Shown one piece after another: positions 16,498 to 25,250 of a DNA stretch of 25,250 nucleotides. The position numbers and the translations under genes are program-made. Source of the stretch: Vulcanimicrobiales bacterium (GTDB lineage Bacteria > Vulcanimicrobiota > Vulcanimicrobiia > Vulcanimicrobiales > Vulcanimicrobiaceae); the NCBI GenBank assembly GCA_038231455.1, contig JBBRLI010000033.1:1-25250 (forward strand), given 5' to 3'. The first letter of the stretch is position 1. The number at the start of each line of letters is the position of its first letter. The notes beneath the pieces are model-generated. The model had not been told where the DNA came from, ran no database searches, and saw only the letters and a list, made by a program, of their open reading frames with translations.

Positions 16498-18480
16498 ATG
16501 CGTCTGGTCTGCACTGCGGTGCTCGCGCTCGTCGCGACTTGGATTCCCACGCCTAGCCGCGCCTCGTCGTTGCCGTCCGTCGTTCCGGCGCCGCAAACGA
16601 TGAGCGCGCTTGCTTGCGCGCGCCCACCGCGGGCGAACGACCTCGTCTTTCCAATGAATGTCGATCTTGCCGGGCTTTCGATCGTGGGCGAGCGCTGGAC
16701 GGCGCTCGGCATCGGCGATGGCCGCGCGCGGCGCGACTCGAACGTCGAGTTGCGCGGAGGCCCAATCGGACGCGAACACTATCGCATCCGCATCGACGAC
16801 CGCGGAGTCAGTATCGCAGCGAGCGATCTCGACGCGCAGTTCGATGCTCTCGCGACGCTCGCGCAACTCCCCGGTGCCGATGGCATCCTTCCGTGCGTCG
16901 AGATCGACGATGCCCCGGCACTCCGCTGGCGCGTCGTCTCCGATGATATCTCGCGCGGCCCCTTTCCCTCGATGGCCTACTTTGAAGAACGCATTCGCAC
17001 GCTCGCCGCGTTCAAAGTCAACGGCTACTCGCCGTACATGGAACAAGTGGTGCTCGACCCGCGCGTGCCGTTCGTCGCGTTCCCCTCGGCGCTCTCGACG
17101 GATCAACTGCGATTGCTGGCCCGTTACGCCCGCCGTTTCCACATGGCGCTGATCCCCGAGCAGCAGACCTTCGCACACATGCACGAAGTGCTCAAGTGGG
17201 AGACGTACGCGCCGCTTGCCGAGCTGCCGCACGGCTATCTGCTGGATTCGAGTAACGCGCAAACCTACGCGTATCTCGAACCGCTCCTACGCAGCGAACT
17301 CAAAGCGGTCGAACGCACGCCGTTCTTTCACATCGGCGCCGACGAGCCCGTCGATCTTGGTCGTGGGCGCTCGCAAGCCGCGGTTGCGCGCGACGGCGCG
17401 CCATCCGTCTTTGCAGCGCACGTCAATCGTCTTGCGCCGGTGCTGGCCGCCAGCGGCGCGCGCCCAATGATTTGGGACGATGCAATTCAGCGCGACCCGC
17501 AGATCTTGACGCGGATACCGCGCTCCACGGTGATCGTCGCCTTTCACTACGGTCCGGAGCGCTCGTTTGCGGGGTACATCAAGACGATCGCTGCCGCCGG
17601 CTTCGAGCAGATGGTCTCGCCGGGCGCCAATAATTGGAATGAGATCTATCCGGATCTCGAGACCGCCTTCGCAAACGAAAGCCGCTTCATCGCCGACGGA
17701 AAAGCCGCGCACGTGCTCGGCATGTTCGAGACCGTGTGGCACGATGACGGCGAGTCGCTCTACGAAGCGTCGTGGGAACCGGTGATCTTCGCGGCCGCCG
17801 ATGCGTGGCAGCAGTCTGCCGTCGATCCCGCAACGTTCTCGCTTGCATTCTCGCGTGCGTTTTTCGGTGCCGACGCGTCGCGTTACGCGCAAGATCTCGA
17901 GCGACTGCGCACGATTCGCACGCGCCTCAAAACCGACCCCGGCGATCCCTCGAACTATCTCTTCTGGGCCGATCCATTCGACGTTGCGATCGGTGGGCGC
18001 GTCCGCGGCGCCGTCGATCTTGCCGCGGTTCGGATGGATGCCGAAGCCGTGCTCGCGCACACGATGCAGCACGCTCCGCCGCTGCATGCAAACGCAGTGC
18101 GCGTAATGACGCTTGCGGCGATGCGCTACGATGCGCTCGCGCGTCGCTTTCAAATCGGTGCGCAAGCACGCTCGTACTACGATGATGCACGCGCCAACGC
18201 CGACGGCAAGCACGATGGGATCGTCTACCGCGGCCTCAACGTCTCGAAGTATCTCTGTTGGGAGCTGCGCGATCAGCTGACGGCAATCGAGACGCTTTAC
18301 GTTAATGCGTGGAACTACGAAAGCACGCCCGCCGGACTCGACCGCGTGCTCGTGCGTTTTCGGGCGGGAGAAGAAGCGGCGATGCGCGATGCCGATCGGC
18401 TCAACCGCGTGCAACGCGAAGACTACCTGCGCGGACATACGCTGCCGACCTTCGATGCGGCGATCGGTGCGCGGACGTGA
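16498..18480 (+). CDS. Secreted glycoside hydrolase family 20 (beta-N-acetylhexosaminidase)
   Basis: Signal peptide from ATG 16498, VVPAPQ, EHYRIRI (GH20b domain), IDDAPALRWR, DISRG, IPEQQTFAHM, HIGADE (catalytic D-E), MIWDD. Confidence 0.88.
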   Translation: MRLVCTAVLALVATWIPTPSRASSLPSVVPAPQTMSALACARPPRANDLVFPMNVDLAGLSIVGERWTALGIGDGRARRDSNVELRGGPIGREHYRIRIDDRGVSIAASDLDAQFDALATLAQLPGADGILPCVEIDDAPALRWRVVSDDISRGPFPSMAYFEERIRTLAAFKVNGYSPYMEQVVLDPRVPFVAFPSALSTDQLRLLARYARRFHMALIPEQQTFAHMHEVLKWETYAPLAELPHGYLLDSSNAQTYAYLEPLLRSELKAVERTPFFHIGADEPVDLGRGRSQAAVARDGAPSVFAAHVNRLAPVLAASGARPMIWDDAIQRDPQILTRIPRSTVIVAFHYGPERSFAGYIKTIAAAGFEQMVSPGANNWNEIYPDLETAFANESRFIADGKAAHVLGMFETVWHDDGESLYEASWEPVIFAAADAWQQSAVDPATFSLAFSRAFFGADASRYAQDLERLRTIRTRLKTDPGDPSNYLFWADPFDVAIGGRVRGAVDLAAVRMDAEAVLAHTMQHAPPLHANAVRVMTLAAMRYDALARRFQIGAQARSYYDDARANADGKHDGIVYRGLNVSKYLCWELRDQLTAIETLYVNAWNYESTPAGLDRVLVRFRAGEEAAMRDADRLNRVQREDYLRGHTLPTFDAAIGART

Positions 18481-20435
18481 TCCTCGTCCTCATTTTCGTC
18501 GTGTTCGCCGGTCTGATGATCGCGCGCATTCTCCCCGCGCTGCTCGCAGTGCCGCTGATGGCGCTCGCACTAGCCCTTGGCGCAGGCGTCGACATTCATG
18601 GCCTGGGCCCGATTCTTGCTACCGGCGTTGTCAAACTCGCTCCGTACTACACGACCGTGATCTTTGGAGCGCTCCTCGGACGCGTCGTTCTGTCGACGGG
18701 GATCGCTGAGACGGTCGTCAACTACGCGGCCGAATTCGGCGGCGACAAACCGCTCGCGCTCGCACTCGTGTTGTGCGCCGCGGTCGCCGTTCTTTTCACG
18801 TCGCAGACGGGACTCGGCGCGATTATCATGATCGGCTCCATCGTGCTGCCGGTGATGCTCACCGTGGGCGTTCCCCGCACCACGGCCGCGACGTTGTTCT
18901 TGCTTTCCTTCGCGCTCGGATACGTGCTCAATATCGCGCAGTGGAAGTTTTACCGCGACGTCTTCGGCGTCGATCAACCGGCGCTGCAAACCTACGTCTA
19001 CGTGCTCTTTGCCATCGACGCGCTGGTCTTGATCGTGTACGCAATCGTTCGGGCCCGCACGACGCGCGATTACGCAACGTTCGCCGTTGCCGCAGATGCG
19101 CCGCGCAAACGCGTCCGTCCGTGGGCGTTGCTCACCCCGATTCTCCCGTTGATCCTCTTCGTCGTGCTCCACGTCGATGCGCTCGCAGCGTTTGCGATTT
19201 CGGCGATTTACGGCGCGCTTGCGGTGAATCCCAAGGCGGTCGTGCAGACCCTCGTCTCATCGTGGATTCGCGGCGTCGAAGACGTCGCACCCGCGATCAT
19301 CCTGATGATGGGGATCGGGATGCTGCTCGTCGCCGCGAACACACCCGAAGTCGCGCATGCACTCGCACCCGTCGTCTCGGCGATTGCGCCGCGCACTCCG
19401 CTTGCCTACGTGCTGCTCTTCGGATTGCTCAGTCCGCTTGCACTCTATCGCGGTCCGCTCAATCCGTTTGGCGTCGGAATCGGCGTGTATGCGGTGCTCG
19501 CAACACTGCACGTGCTCCCGCCGGTCGCGCTCGTTGCCGCCGTGATGGCGGTCGTCCAAGTTCAGAACGTCTGTGATCCGACGAACACACAGAATGTTTG
19601 GGTCGCGAATTTTACCGGCGTGAGCGTGGAAAAGATCACGCGGTTGACGCTGCCGTTCCAAGTCGGTGTCGCCGTGCTCGCGACGCTCGCCGTCGTCATC
19701 TTCAGCGGCGCGCTCTTTGGCACGTCGGCGTTTTCGCTCGCGCAACCGGCAGTGGCAGCAGACGTCAATCGCGGACTGTACGCGCCGCAAGCGGCATCGC
19801 GCACGATCGCGGTCGCATCGGACGGATCGGTCGATGGCAAGCGCGCTGCGACCACGATCGTCGAGGCGATCGCACGGGGTTGGAGCGGTTACCACGCCTT
19901 CGCACGCGAACTCGATCCGAGCGCGAGCGACTGCGCGCAAAAAGATTTTGCCGCATTCATGCATGTGGCCGTCACGCCCGATGGTCCCGCGCGCGATGTC
20001 GCGCTCGAACTCGCGGATTGCGCCGGCTGGAACGTCGATCAGTGGCACGAATCCGGGACCGGCGACGTCCGGACGCTGGCGCTTGCGGATCTCTTCCGCG
20101 TGCGTGTGTGGCAACGTGACCATCCGGGCCAGTCGCAGCTGCTTTTCGAGCGCGGTCTTGCCTACGATCCAGCGGGAGCGAAGCCGACGTACTTCTATAG
20201 TTTGTTCAAAACCGTCGATGGCTACATGCGAAGCATCGCACGTCCGGGTGGACCCGCCTACGCTGCGGGCATGCGCTCGAACGAAATCGTCGACAAGATC
20301 GACGACCGTTTTTGGTGGGAGTACGGCACCTATCAGTCGCAGCTTCGCGCCTACGACGGAAAGCCGCATACGTTCGTGGTTCAGCGCGGTGGAAGTACCG
20401 CACGCATCGAGCTTGGCGAACCGTTTCGCCTCTAA
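18477..20435 (+). CDS. IT-superfamily (CitMHS/GntP-like) permease fused to a C-terminal extracytoplasmic domain ending in a PDZ-like module
   Basis: GTGA overlap with the GH20 stop. About 428 aa polytopic region (PALLAVPLMA, TGIAETVVNYAAEFGGDKP, LYRGPLNPFG, CDPTNTQNVW). Then about 224 aa hydrophilic region with ARPGGPAYAAGMRSNEIVDKID...FVVQRGG. Confidence 0.8.
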   Translation: MILVLIFVVFAGLMIARILPALLAVPLMALALALGAGVDIHGLGPILATGVVKLAPYYTTVIFGALLGRVVLSTGIAETVVNYAAEFGGDKPLALALVLCAAVAVLFTSQTGLGAIIMIGSIVLPVMLTVGVPRTTAATLFLLSFALGYVLNIAQWKFYRDVFGVDQPALQTYVYVLFAIDALVLIVYAIVRARTTRDYATFAVAADAPRKRVRPWALLTPILPLILFVVLHVDALAAFAISAIYGALAVNPKAVVQTLVSSWIRGVEDVAPAIILMMGIGMLLVAANTPEVAHALAPVVSAIAPRTPLAYVLLFGLLSPLALYRGPLNPFGVGIGVYAVLATLHVLPPVALVAAVMAVVQVQNVCDPTNTQNVWVANFTGVSVEKITRLTLPFQVGVAVLATLAVVIFSGALFGTSAFSLAQPAVAADVNRGLYAPQAASRTIAVASDGSVDGKRAATTIVEAIARGWSGYHAFARELDPSASDCAQKDFAAFMHVAVTPDGPARDVALELADCAGWNVDQWHESGTGDVRTLALADLFRVRVWQRDHPGQSQLLFERGLAYDPAGAKPTYFYSLFKTVDGYMRSIARPGGPAYAAGMRSNEIVDKIDDRFWWEYGTYQSQLRAYDGKPHTFVVQRGGSTARIELGEPFRL

Positions 20436-20446
20436 GGATCAACGAT

Positions 20447-21429
20447 ATGGGATTTGAATTGACGCGCGGATCGGCGATCGCATCGGTCCTCGCGGCCGCC
20501 GCTCTCCCCGGAGCCTCGCGTGCGGCGAGCGGCACCGCAACGCTGCAGAATTATACGGCGATGAAAGGTGAGGTCAAACTCGCGCTCTATCGAAAGTCGC
20601 TGCCGTCGGCAACTCCCAAACCCGTGCTGGTGCTGGTTCATGGCTCATCGGCCGGCGGGCTAACGACATACGACCTCCACGTGCCGGGCGGTAACGCGTA
20701 TTCGACGATGGATGCCTTCGCCGATACGTTCGATGTGTGGACGCTCGACCACGAAGGCTACGCACGCTCGTCGCGCACGAGCGGTAATTCCGATATTGCA
20801 AGCGGCGTCGCCGACCTTGCGGCAGCGACGTCGCTCATCATGCGCGAGACGGGTGCCAAGCACGTCCATCTCTGCGGCGAATCCTCGGGCGCGCTCCGCG
20901 CCGGGGCTTTTGCGATCGCCTACCCCGAGCGAGTCGACCGCGTGGTTCTCAATGCGTTCGTCTATACGGGCAAAGGCGGCGCGACGCTCGCGAAGCGCGC
21001 GCAACAAGCCGAGCGTACCGTACCAACAACCGTCGACCGGTCGATCGTGCCTTCTACTTGAGTATCTTCACGCGCGACAAACCGGGCACGTCGGATCCGG
21101 CCGTCGGCGAAGCATACGCGACATCCGAGCTCGCATACGGCGACTCCGTGCCGACTGGAACGTACCTTGATATGGTGACCAAGCTGCCGATCGTCGATCC
21201 GACGAAGTTGAACGCTCCCACGCTTATGATCCGCGGTGAATTCGACGGTATCGCAACCGAAGCCGACGTGCTCGACTTCTTCACCCACCTCCCGAATGCC
21301 GACCGGCAATTCGTCATCGTCCCCGGCGCCGCGCATTCGGCGGGCTTTAGTTACAATCGCGAGCGGTTTTGGTATGCGATCCGGGCCTTCTTGAATGCGC
21401 CGCCGCGACGAGACGTTTCCAGCGTTTAG
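20447..21429 (+). pseudogene. Alpha/beta hydrolase split by a 1-nt frameshift near 21013 (pseudogene or sequencing error)
   Basis: ATG 20447 with AAGGA. First frame has LVHGSS, LDHEGY, GESSG (nucleophile elbow). Second frame has YRTNNRRPVDRAFYLSIFTRDKPG...RGEFDG...GAAH. The span is 983 nt, one base short of 328 codons. Confidence 0.85.
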
Positions 21430-21467
21430 CGACTAGCATTCGGCGCGATCGTCGCGAAGGACGAGCG

Positions 21468-22850
21468 ATGATCGCATCGACCGACCTCATTGGCTTCTGC
21501 CGCGACAATCGCGCGCGTTATCTCGACGAACTCAAAACGTGGATTGCCTGCCCCTCCATCTCCGCCAATCCCGCCCATGCGGGAGATGTGCGGGCGTCGG
21601 CCGAGACGGCTGTTGCGCGCATGGAGGCTGCCGGTATGACGCATGCGGAGGTCCTCGAAACCGACGGCCATCCCGTCGCCTACGGTGAGTGGCTTGGCGC
21701 ACCCGGTGCGCCGACGATCCTTATCTACGGACATCACGACGTGCAGCCGGCCGACCCGCTCGAACTCTGGACGACCCCGCCGTTCGAAGGCACCGTCCGC
21801 GACGGGAAGATTTTCGGCCGCGGTTCGGTCGATGATAAAGGCCAGGTGCTCATGCACGTCGCTGCGATCGAGGCGCATCTGCGCGTACGCGGGAAATTAC
21901 CGATCAACATCAAGGTCGTCGTCGAAGGCGAAGAAGAGATCGGCTCGCCCAACTTCGAGTCGTTCCTCGCGCGCAATCGCGAACGCCTCGCCTGCGATAT
22001 CGCGGTCATCTCCGACACGGCCGTGTTTGCCGAAGATGTTCCGTCGCTCACGACCTCCTTGCGCGGTCTCGTGCATTGGGAGATCACCGTCAACGGTCCG
22101 ACGAGCGATCTGCACTCCGGCTACTATGGCGGCATCGTCAAAAACCCGCTCGAAGCGCTCGCCCAAATCATCGCATCGCTTAAAGATGCGCACGGCCGCG
22201 TCGTCGTTCCCGGCTTTTACGAAGGCGTGCGCGAACTCTCGGCGCACGAACGCGCGGAGATTTCCGCACTGCCGTTCGATGCCGCAAAAGAAGCGCTTGC
22301 ACTTGGCGTGCCGGAACTCACAGGCGAATCGTCGCGCTTGCCGCTCGAACGGATGTGGATGCGTCCGACGCTCGAACTCAACGGCATGTGGGGTGGCTAT
22401 CAAGGCCCCGGTAGTAAGACGATCGTGCCGAGTTACGCGAAGGCGAAAATTTCCGCGCGCCTGGTTCCTCATCAAGACCCAACGCACGTGAAGCAGGCCG
22501 TGAAGTCGTTTATCGAACGGAACGTACCGCGCGGTGTGCGGGTGAGCGTGGAAGCGCATGGCGATGTGCGTGCGGTCGAGACGTCGCGCGATCATCCGGC
22601 GGTCGCGGCGGCTGCACGCGCGATGGAGAAGGGCTTCGGTAAACCGCCCGTCTTCATCGGCACCGGGGGCACGATCGGCCCGGTTTCGAGTTTCGATCGG
22701 ATCTTGCACCTCCCGCAAGTGCTCATTGGCGTCGGCTTACCCGACGATGCGATTCACGCGCCGAACGAAAAGTTCGACCTCAATCAATTCTACCTCGGGA
22801 TCGAGACGATGACATATCTCTACGAAGAACTCGCGCTAGCGCTCGCGTGA
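21468..22850 (+). CDS. M20 family metallo-dipeptidase (ArgE/DapE/Dug1-like)
   Basis: ATG 21468 after GAAGGA. Motifs YGHHDVQP, GRGSVDDKG, EGEEEIGS, SDT, DLHSG, HAPNE. Confidence 0.93.
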   Translation: MIASTDLIGFCRDNRARYLDELKTWIACPSISANPAHAGDVRASAETAVARMEAAGMTHAEVLETDGHPVAYGEWLGAPGAPTILIYGHHDVQPADPLELWTTPPFEGTVRDGKIFGRGSVDDKGQVLMHVAAIEAHLRVRGKLPINIKVVVEGEEEIGSPNFESFLARNRERLACDIAVISDTAVFAEDVPSLTTSLRGLVHWEITVNGPTSDLHSGYYGGIVKNPLEALAQIIASLKDAHGRVVVPGFYEGVRELSAHERAEISALPFDAAKEALALGVPELTGESSRLPLERMWMRPTLELNGMWGGYQGPGSKTIVPSYAKAKISARLVPHQDPTHVKQAVKSFIERNVPRGVRVSVEAHGDVRAVETSRDHPAVAAAARAMEKGFGKPPVFIGTGGTIGPVSSFDRILHLPQVLIGVGLPDDAIHAPNEKFDLNQFYLGIETMTYLYEELALALA

Positions 22851-23572
22851 ATCCAACCGAGCGCTTCGACGATCGCGCCGATGCGTACGGCGCCGGTCGA
22901 CCATCGTACGGCCCGGATGTCATCCGGTACGTGCTCGATGGGCTCGGAGATGCGCCGACGATCGCGGATCTCGGCGCGGGAACCGGGATCGCCTCGCGGC
23001 TGCTTGCGGCGTACGGCGCAAACGTCATCGCGATCGAACCGAGTGCAAAGATGCGCGCGCAGGCCGAGCCAAACCAACGCGTTCGCTACGTCGATGCGTC
23101 GGCGCATGCGACGGGTCTCGCCGATGCATCGGTCGATGGGATAACGGCGTTTCAAGCCTTTCACTGGTTTGCTGATGACGCGTCGTGCACGGAAATCGTG
23201 CGCATCGGTCGAGCCGGCGCGACGGCATCACTCATTTTGAACGAGCGCGACGAGCGCGATCCGGTCTCCGCCGCGTATGGCGATTTGGTGCGCCGTTTCG
23301 CAACCGACGACACGGAGGCAAAACGCATGGCGAGTATCACTCGCTTCAAGATGTTACCGGGCATCGTCTCCGAGCGCGTCTTTGCAAACGAGCAGCGCTT
23401 GGGTCAGAGCGATCTGCTCGCACGCATCGATTCGACCTCGTACCTTCCGCATACCGGCGAACCGGCGACGCGTTTGCGCCGCGATGCGGACGCGCTCTTC
23501 CGACTCGTCGCGGAGCAGGGCGTTTTACGTCTTGCCCTCCACACGATCGTCGTGCGCGTGCAGCTTTTGTGA
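22847..23572 (+). CDS. Class I SAM-dependent methyltransferase
   Basis: RFDDRADAYGAGRPSY, ADLGAGTG, AIEP, AFQAFHWF. GTGA overlap with the upstream gene. Confidence 0.9.
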   Translation: MNPTERFDDRADAYGAGRPSYGPDVIRYVLDGLGDAPTIADLGAGTGIASRLLAAYGANVIAIEPSAKMRAQAEPNQRVRYVDASAHATGLADASVDGITAFQAFHWFADDASCTEIVRIGRAGATASLILNERDERDPVSAAYGDLVRRFATDDTEAKRMASITRFKMLPGIVSERVFANEQRLGQSDLLARIDSTSYLPHTGEPATRLRRDADALFRLVAEQGVLRLALHTIVVRVQLL

Positions 23573-25250
23573 TCGATCCCGCGCACAAGGTGCGCATCGG
23601 CATCGACGTCGGCGGGACATTTACCGATGTTGTCGCGGTGGATGCCGCGACGCGTCAACTCGTCGGACTCGTCAAGGTCCCAACCTCGCACACGCACGTC
23701 GATGGCGTCGCGGCGGGGATCGTGCTTGGACTCGAGCGGCTGATGCGCGAACACGATATCGCACCGGAACGGATCGCGTTCATCGCGCACTCGACGACGC
23801 AGGCGACAAACGCTCTGCTCGAAGGGGATCTCTCGCGTGTCGGGATCATCGGGTTTTCACCCGGATCGTCGCTCGTTGCGTGGTGGCCGGAGCGCGCGAT
23901 GCATTTCGCGCCGATCGACCTTGGCGGGGACCGCCACTTCACGCCAACGTGGTTTCGTCTACGCGATGGAAGTGATGCCGCAATCGACGGGGCGCTAGCG
24001 CGCGCTCGCGCCGAGGGTTGCGTCGCAATCGCCGCAAGCGAAGCATTCGGGGTCGATCGCACGCGCCACGAGTCGCGTGCCGTCGAACGTGCGCGCGCGG
24101 AGGGTTTCGCTGCAACCAGCGGTCACGAAGTGGCGACGGTCTACGGATTACGCGCGCGCACGCGAACGGCCGCACTCAATGCCGCGATTCTTCCGCGCAT
24201 GCTGCATGCGGCGCGCACGACCGCGCGCGCTGTGGTGGAAGCGGGAATCACCGCGCCGCTGATGATCATGCGCTCGGACGGCGGCGTGATGGATGTTGGC
24301 GAAGTGGAACGTCGCCCGATCCTCACCATGCTCTCGGGACCGGCGGCGGGTATCGCCGGAGCGCTCTTGCACGAGAACGTGACCGACGGCATTTTTATCG
24401 AAGTCGGTGGGACGAGCGCGGATTGTTCGGCGATCAAAAACGGCCAGCCGCAAATGCGCCCGGCGACGATCGGCGGTCAGCGCACGCTGCTTCGCACGCT
24501 CGATGTGCGCACGCTTGCGATTGCCGGCGGAAGCCTGATCGCCGTCGACTCGCGGGCCATACGCGATGTCGGTCCGCGCTCCGCACACATCGCAGGTCTG
24601 CAGTATGCGTGTTTTACACCGCTCGCCACGATCGAGCAAGCGACGTATGCGCCGGTCGATGTCGACGGCACGCGTTACGCGGCGCTCCTGAACGGTGATG
24701 TCCGCATTGGCCTGACGCCGACATGCGCGGCGAACATGCTCGACTACGTTCCCGAAGGTGCCTTTGCGCGGGGTGATGCAGCGGCCGCGCGCGCGGCGTT
24801 TACGATCGCCGGCTCAGCGCTTGGCATTGAGGCGGACGCGCTCGCAACGGACGTCCTCGATCGCGCGACCGAAAAATTACGCGTCGCGATCGTGACGTTG
24901 ATCGCCGACTACGGGCTCGATCCGCAGACGCTCGCGATCGTGGGCGGCGGCGGCGGCGCCGCGGCGCTTGTCCCGTACGCGGCAAAAAAACTCGCGTATG
25001 CCTCGCGTCTCGCGCGCGACGCCGAAGTCATTTCGCCGCTTGGTGTCGCCCTCGCGCTGGTGCGCGACGTCGTCGAGCGCAGCATCGTCGATCCGACCCC
25101 CGAGGATCTGGTGCGCATTCGCCGCGAGGCGATCGAAGCGGCGATTTCCGCCGGTGCCGCACCCGATCGGATCGAGGTCGTCGTCGATGTCGATCGCGCG
25201 CGTAATCGCGTCCGCGCCACGGCGAGCGGCGCGACCGCTCTCGTGGAGGG
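23569..25250 (+). CDS. Hydantoinase/oxoprolinase A-subunit family protein (3' truncated by the window edge)
   Basis: Not in the ORF track. GTG 23569 overlaps the previous stop. Reads MIDPAHKVRIGIDVGGTFTD...AHSTTQATNALLEGD...MRSDGG...LSGPAAG...EVGGTSAD...GGGGGA and stays open to the window end. Confidence 0.92.
   Translation, partial: MIDPAHKVRIGIDVGGTFTDVVAVDAATRQLVGLVKVPTSHTHVDGVAAGIVLGLERLMREHDIAPERIAFIAHSTTQATNALLEGDLSRVGIIGFSPGSSLVAWWPERAMHFAPIDLGGDRHFTPTWFRLRDGSDAAIDGALARARAEGCVAIAASEAFGVDRTRHESRAVERARAEGFAATSGHEVATVYGLRARTRTAALNAAILPRMLHAARTTARAVVEAGITAPLMIMRSDGGVMDVGEVERRPILTMLSGPAAGIAGALLHENVTDGIFIEVGGTSADCSAIKNGQPQMRPATIGGQRTLLRTLDVRTLAIAGGSLIAVDSRAIRDVGPRSAHIAGLQYACFTPLATIEQATYAPVDVDGTRYAALLNGDVRIGLTPTCAANMLDYVPEGAFARGDAAAARAAFTIAGSALGIEADALATDVLDRATEKLRVAIVTLIADYGLDPQTLAIVGGGGGAAALVPYAAKKLAYASRLARDAEVISPLGVALALVRDVVERSIVDPTPEDLVRIRREAIEAAISAGAAPDRIEVVVDVDRARNRVRATASGATALVE

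Noticed and set aside
18309-18476. Track start of the permease at 18309 (also upstream starts at 1079, 1926, 16453, 20312, 21369)
   Set aside because: These extensions overlap neighbouring genes or lack an SD. Downstream starts with an SD, a stop-start overlap or a signal peptide fit better.
1-25250. CRISPR arrays, rRNA, IS elements, defence systems
   Set aside because: No spaced repeats, rRNA-like sequence, transposase motifs or recognisable defence genes were seen by eye.

Overview
GC-rich bacterial chromosomal segment. Gene content suggests a soil Terrabacteria-type lineage such as Eremiobacterota, but this is only an impression. Left edge: the 3' end of a tyrosine integrase, tandem arm-type repeats, an intact tRNA-Sec (selC) and an orphan secreted-protein gene. 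Next is panE-panB-diguanylate cyclase, converging on a minus-strand run of ECF sigma, RskA-like anti-sigma, GNAT, DUF3810-like zinc peptidase and a GAF-Cache-GGDEF-EAL protein. The middle holds a small membrane protein, a CobB sirtuin, a catalytically degenerate class III cyclase and a hypothetical gene. The right half is a divergent cluster. Leftward: a secreted SxxK serine hydrolase and an SSS symporter fused to a FecR-like domain. Rightward: a GH20 hexosaminidase, an IT-superfamily permease fused to an extracytoplasmic PDZ-like domain, a frameshifted alpha/beta hydrolase, an M20 dipeptidase, a SAM methyltransferase and a truncated hydantoinase/oxoprolinase A-type gene. Most notable: (1) this possible amino-sugar/muropeptide salvage cluster, whose two transporters carry exported domains behind signal-peptidase-like junctions; (2) an integrative element on the 5' side of tRNA-Sec; (3) two genes that appear to need non-canonical start codons (CTG, ATC); (4) a pseudo-cyclase. 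All family calls come from motifs recognised by eye; no searches were run.
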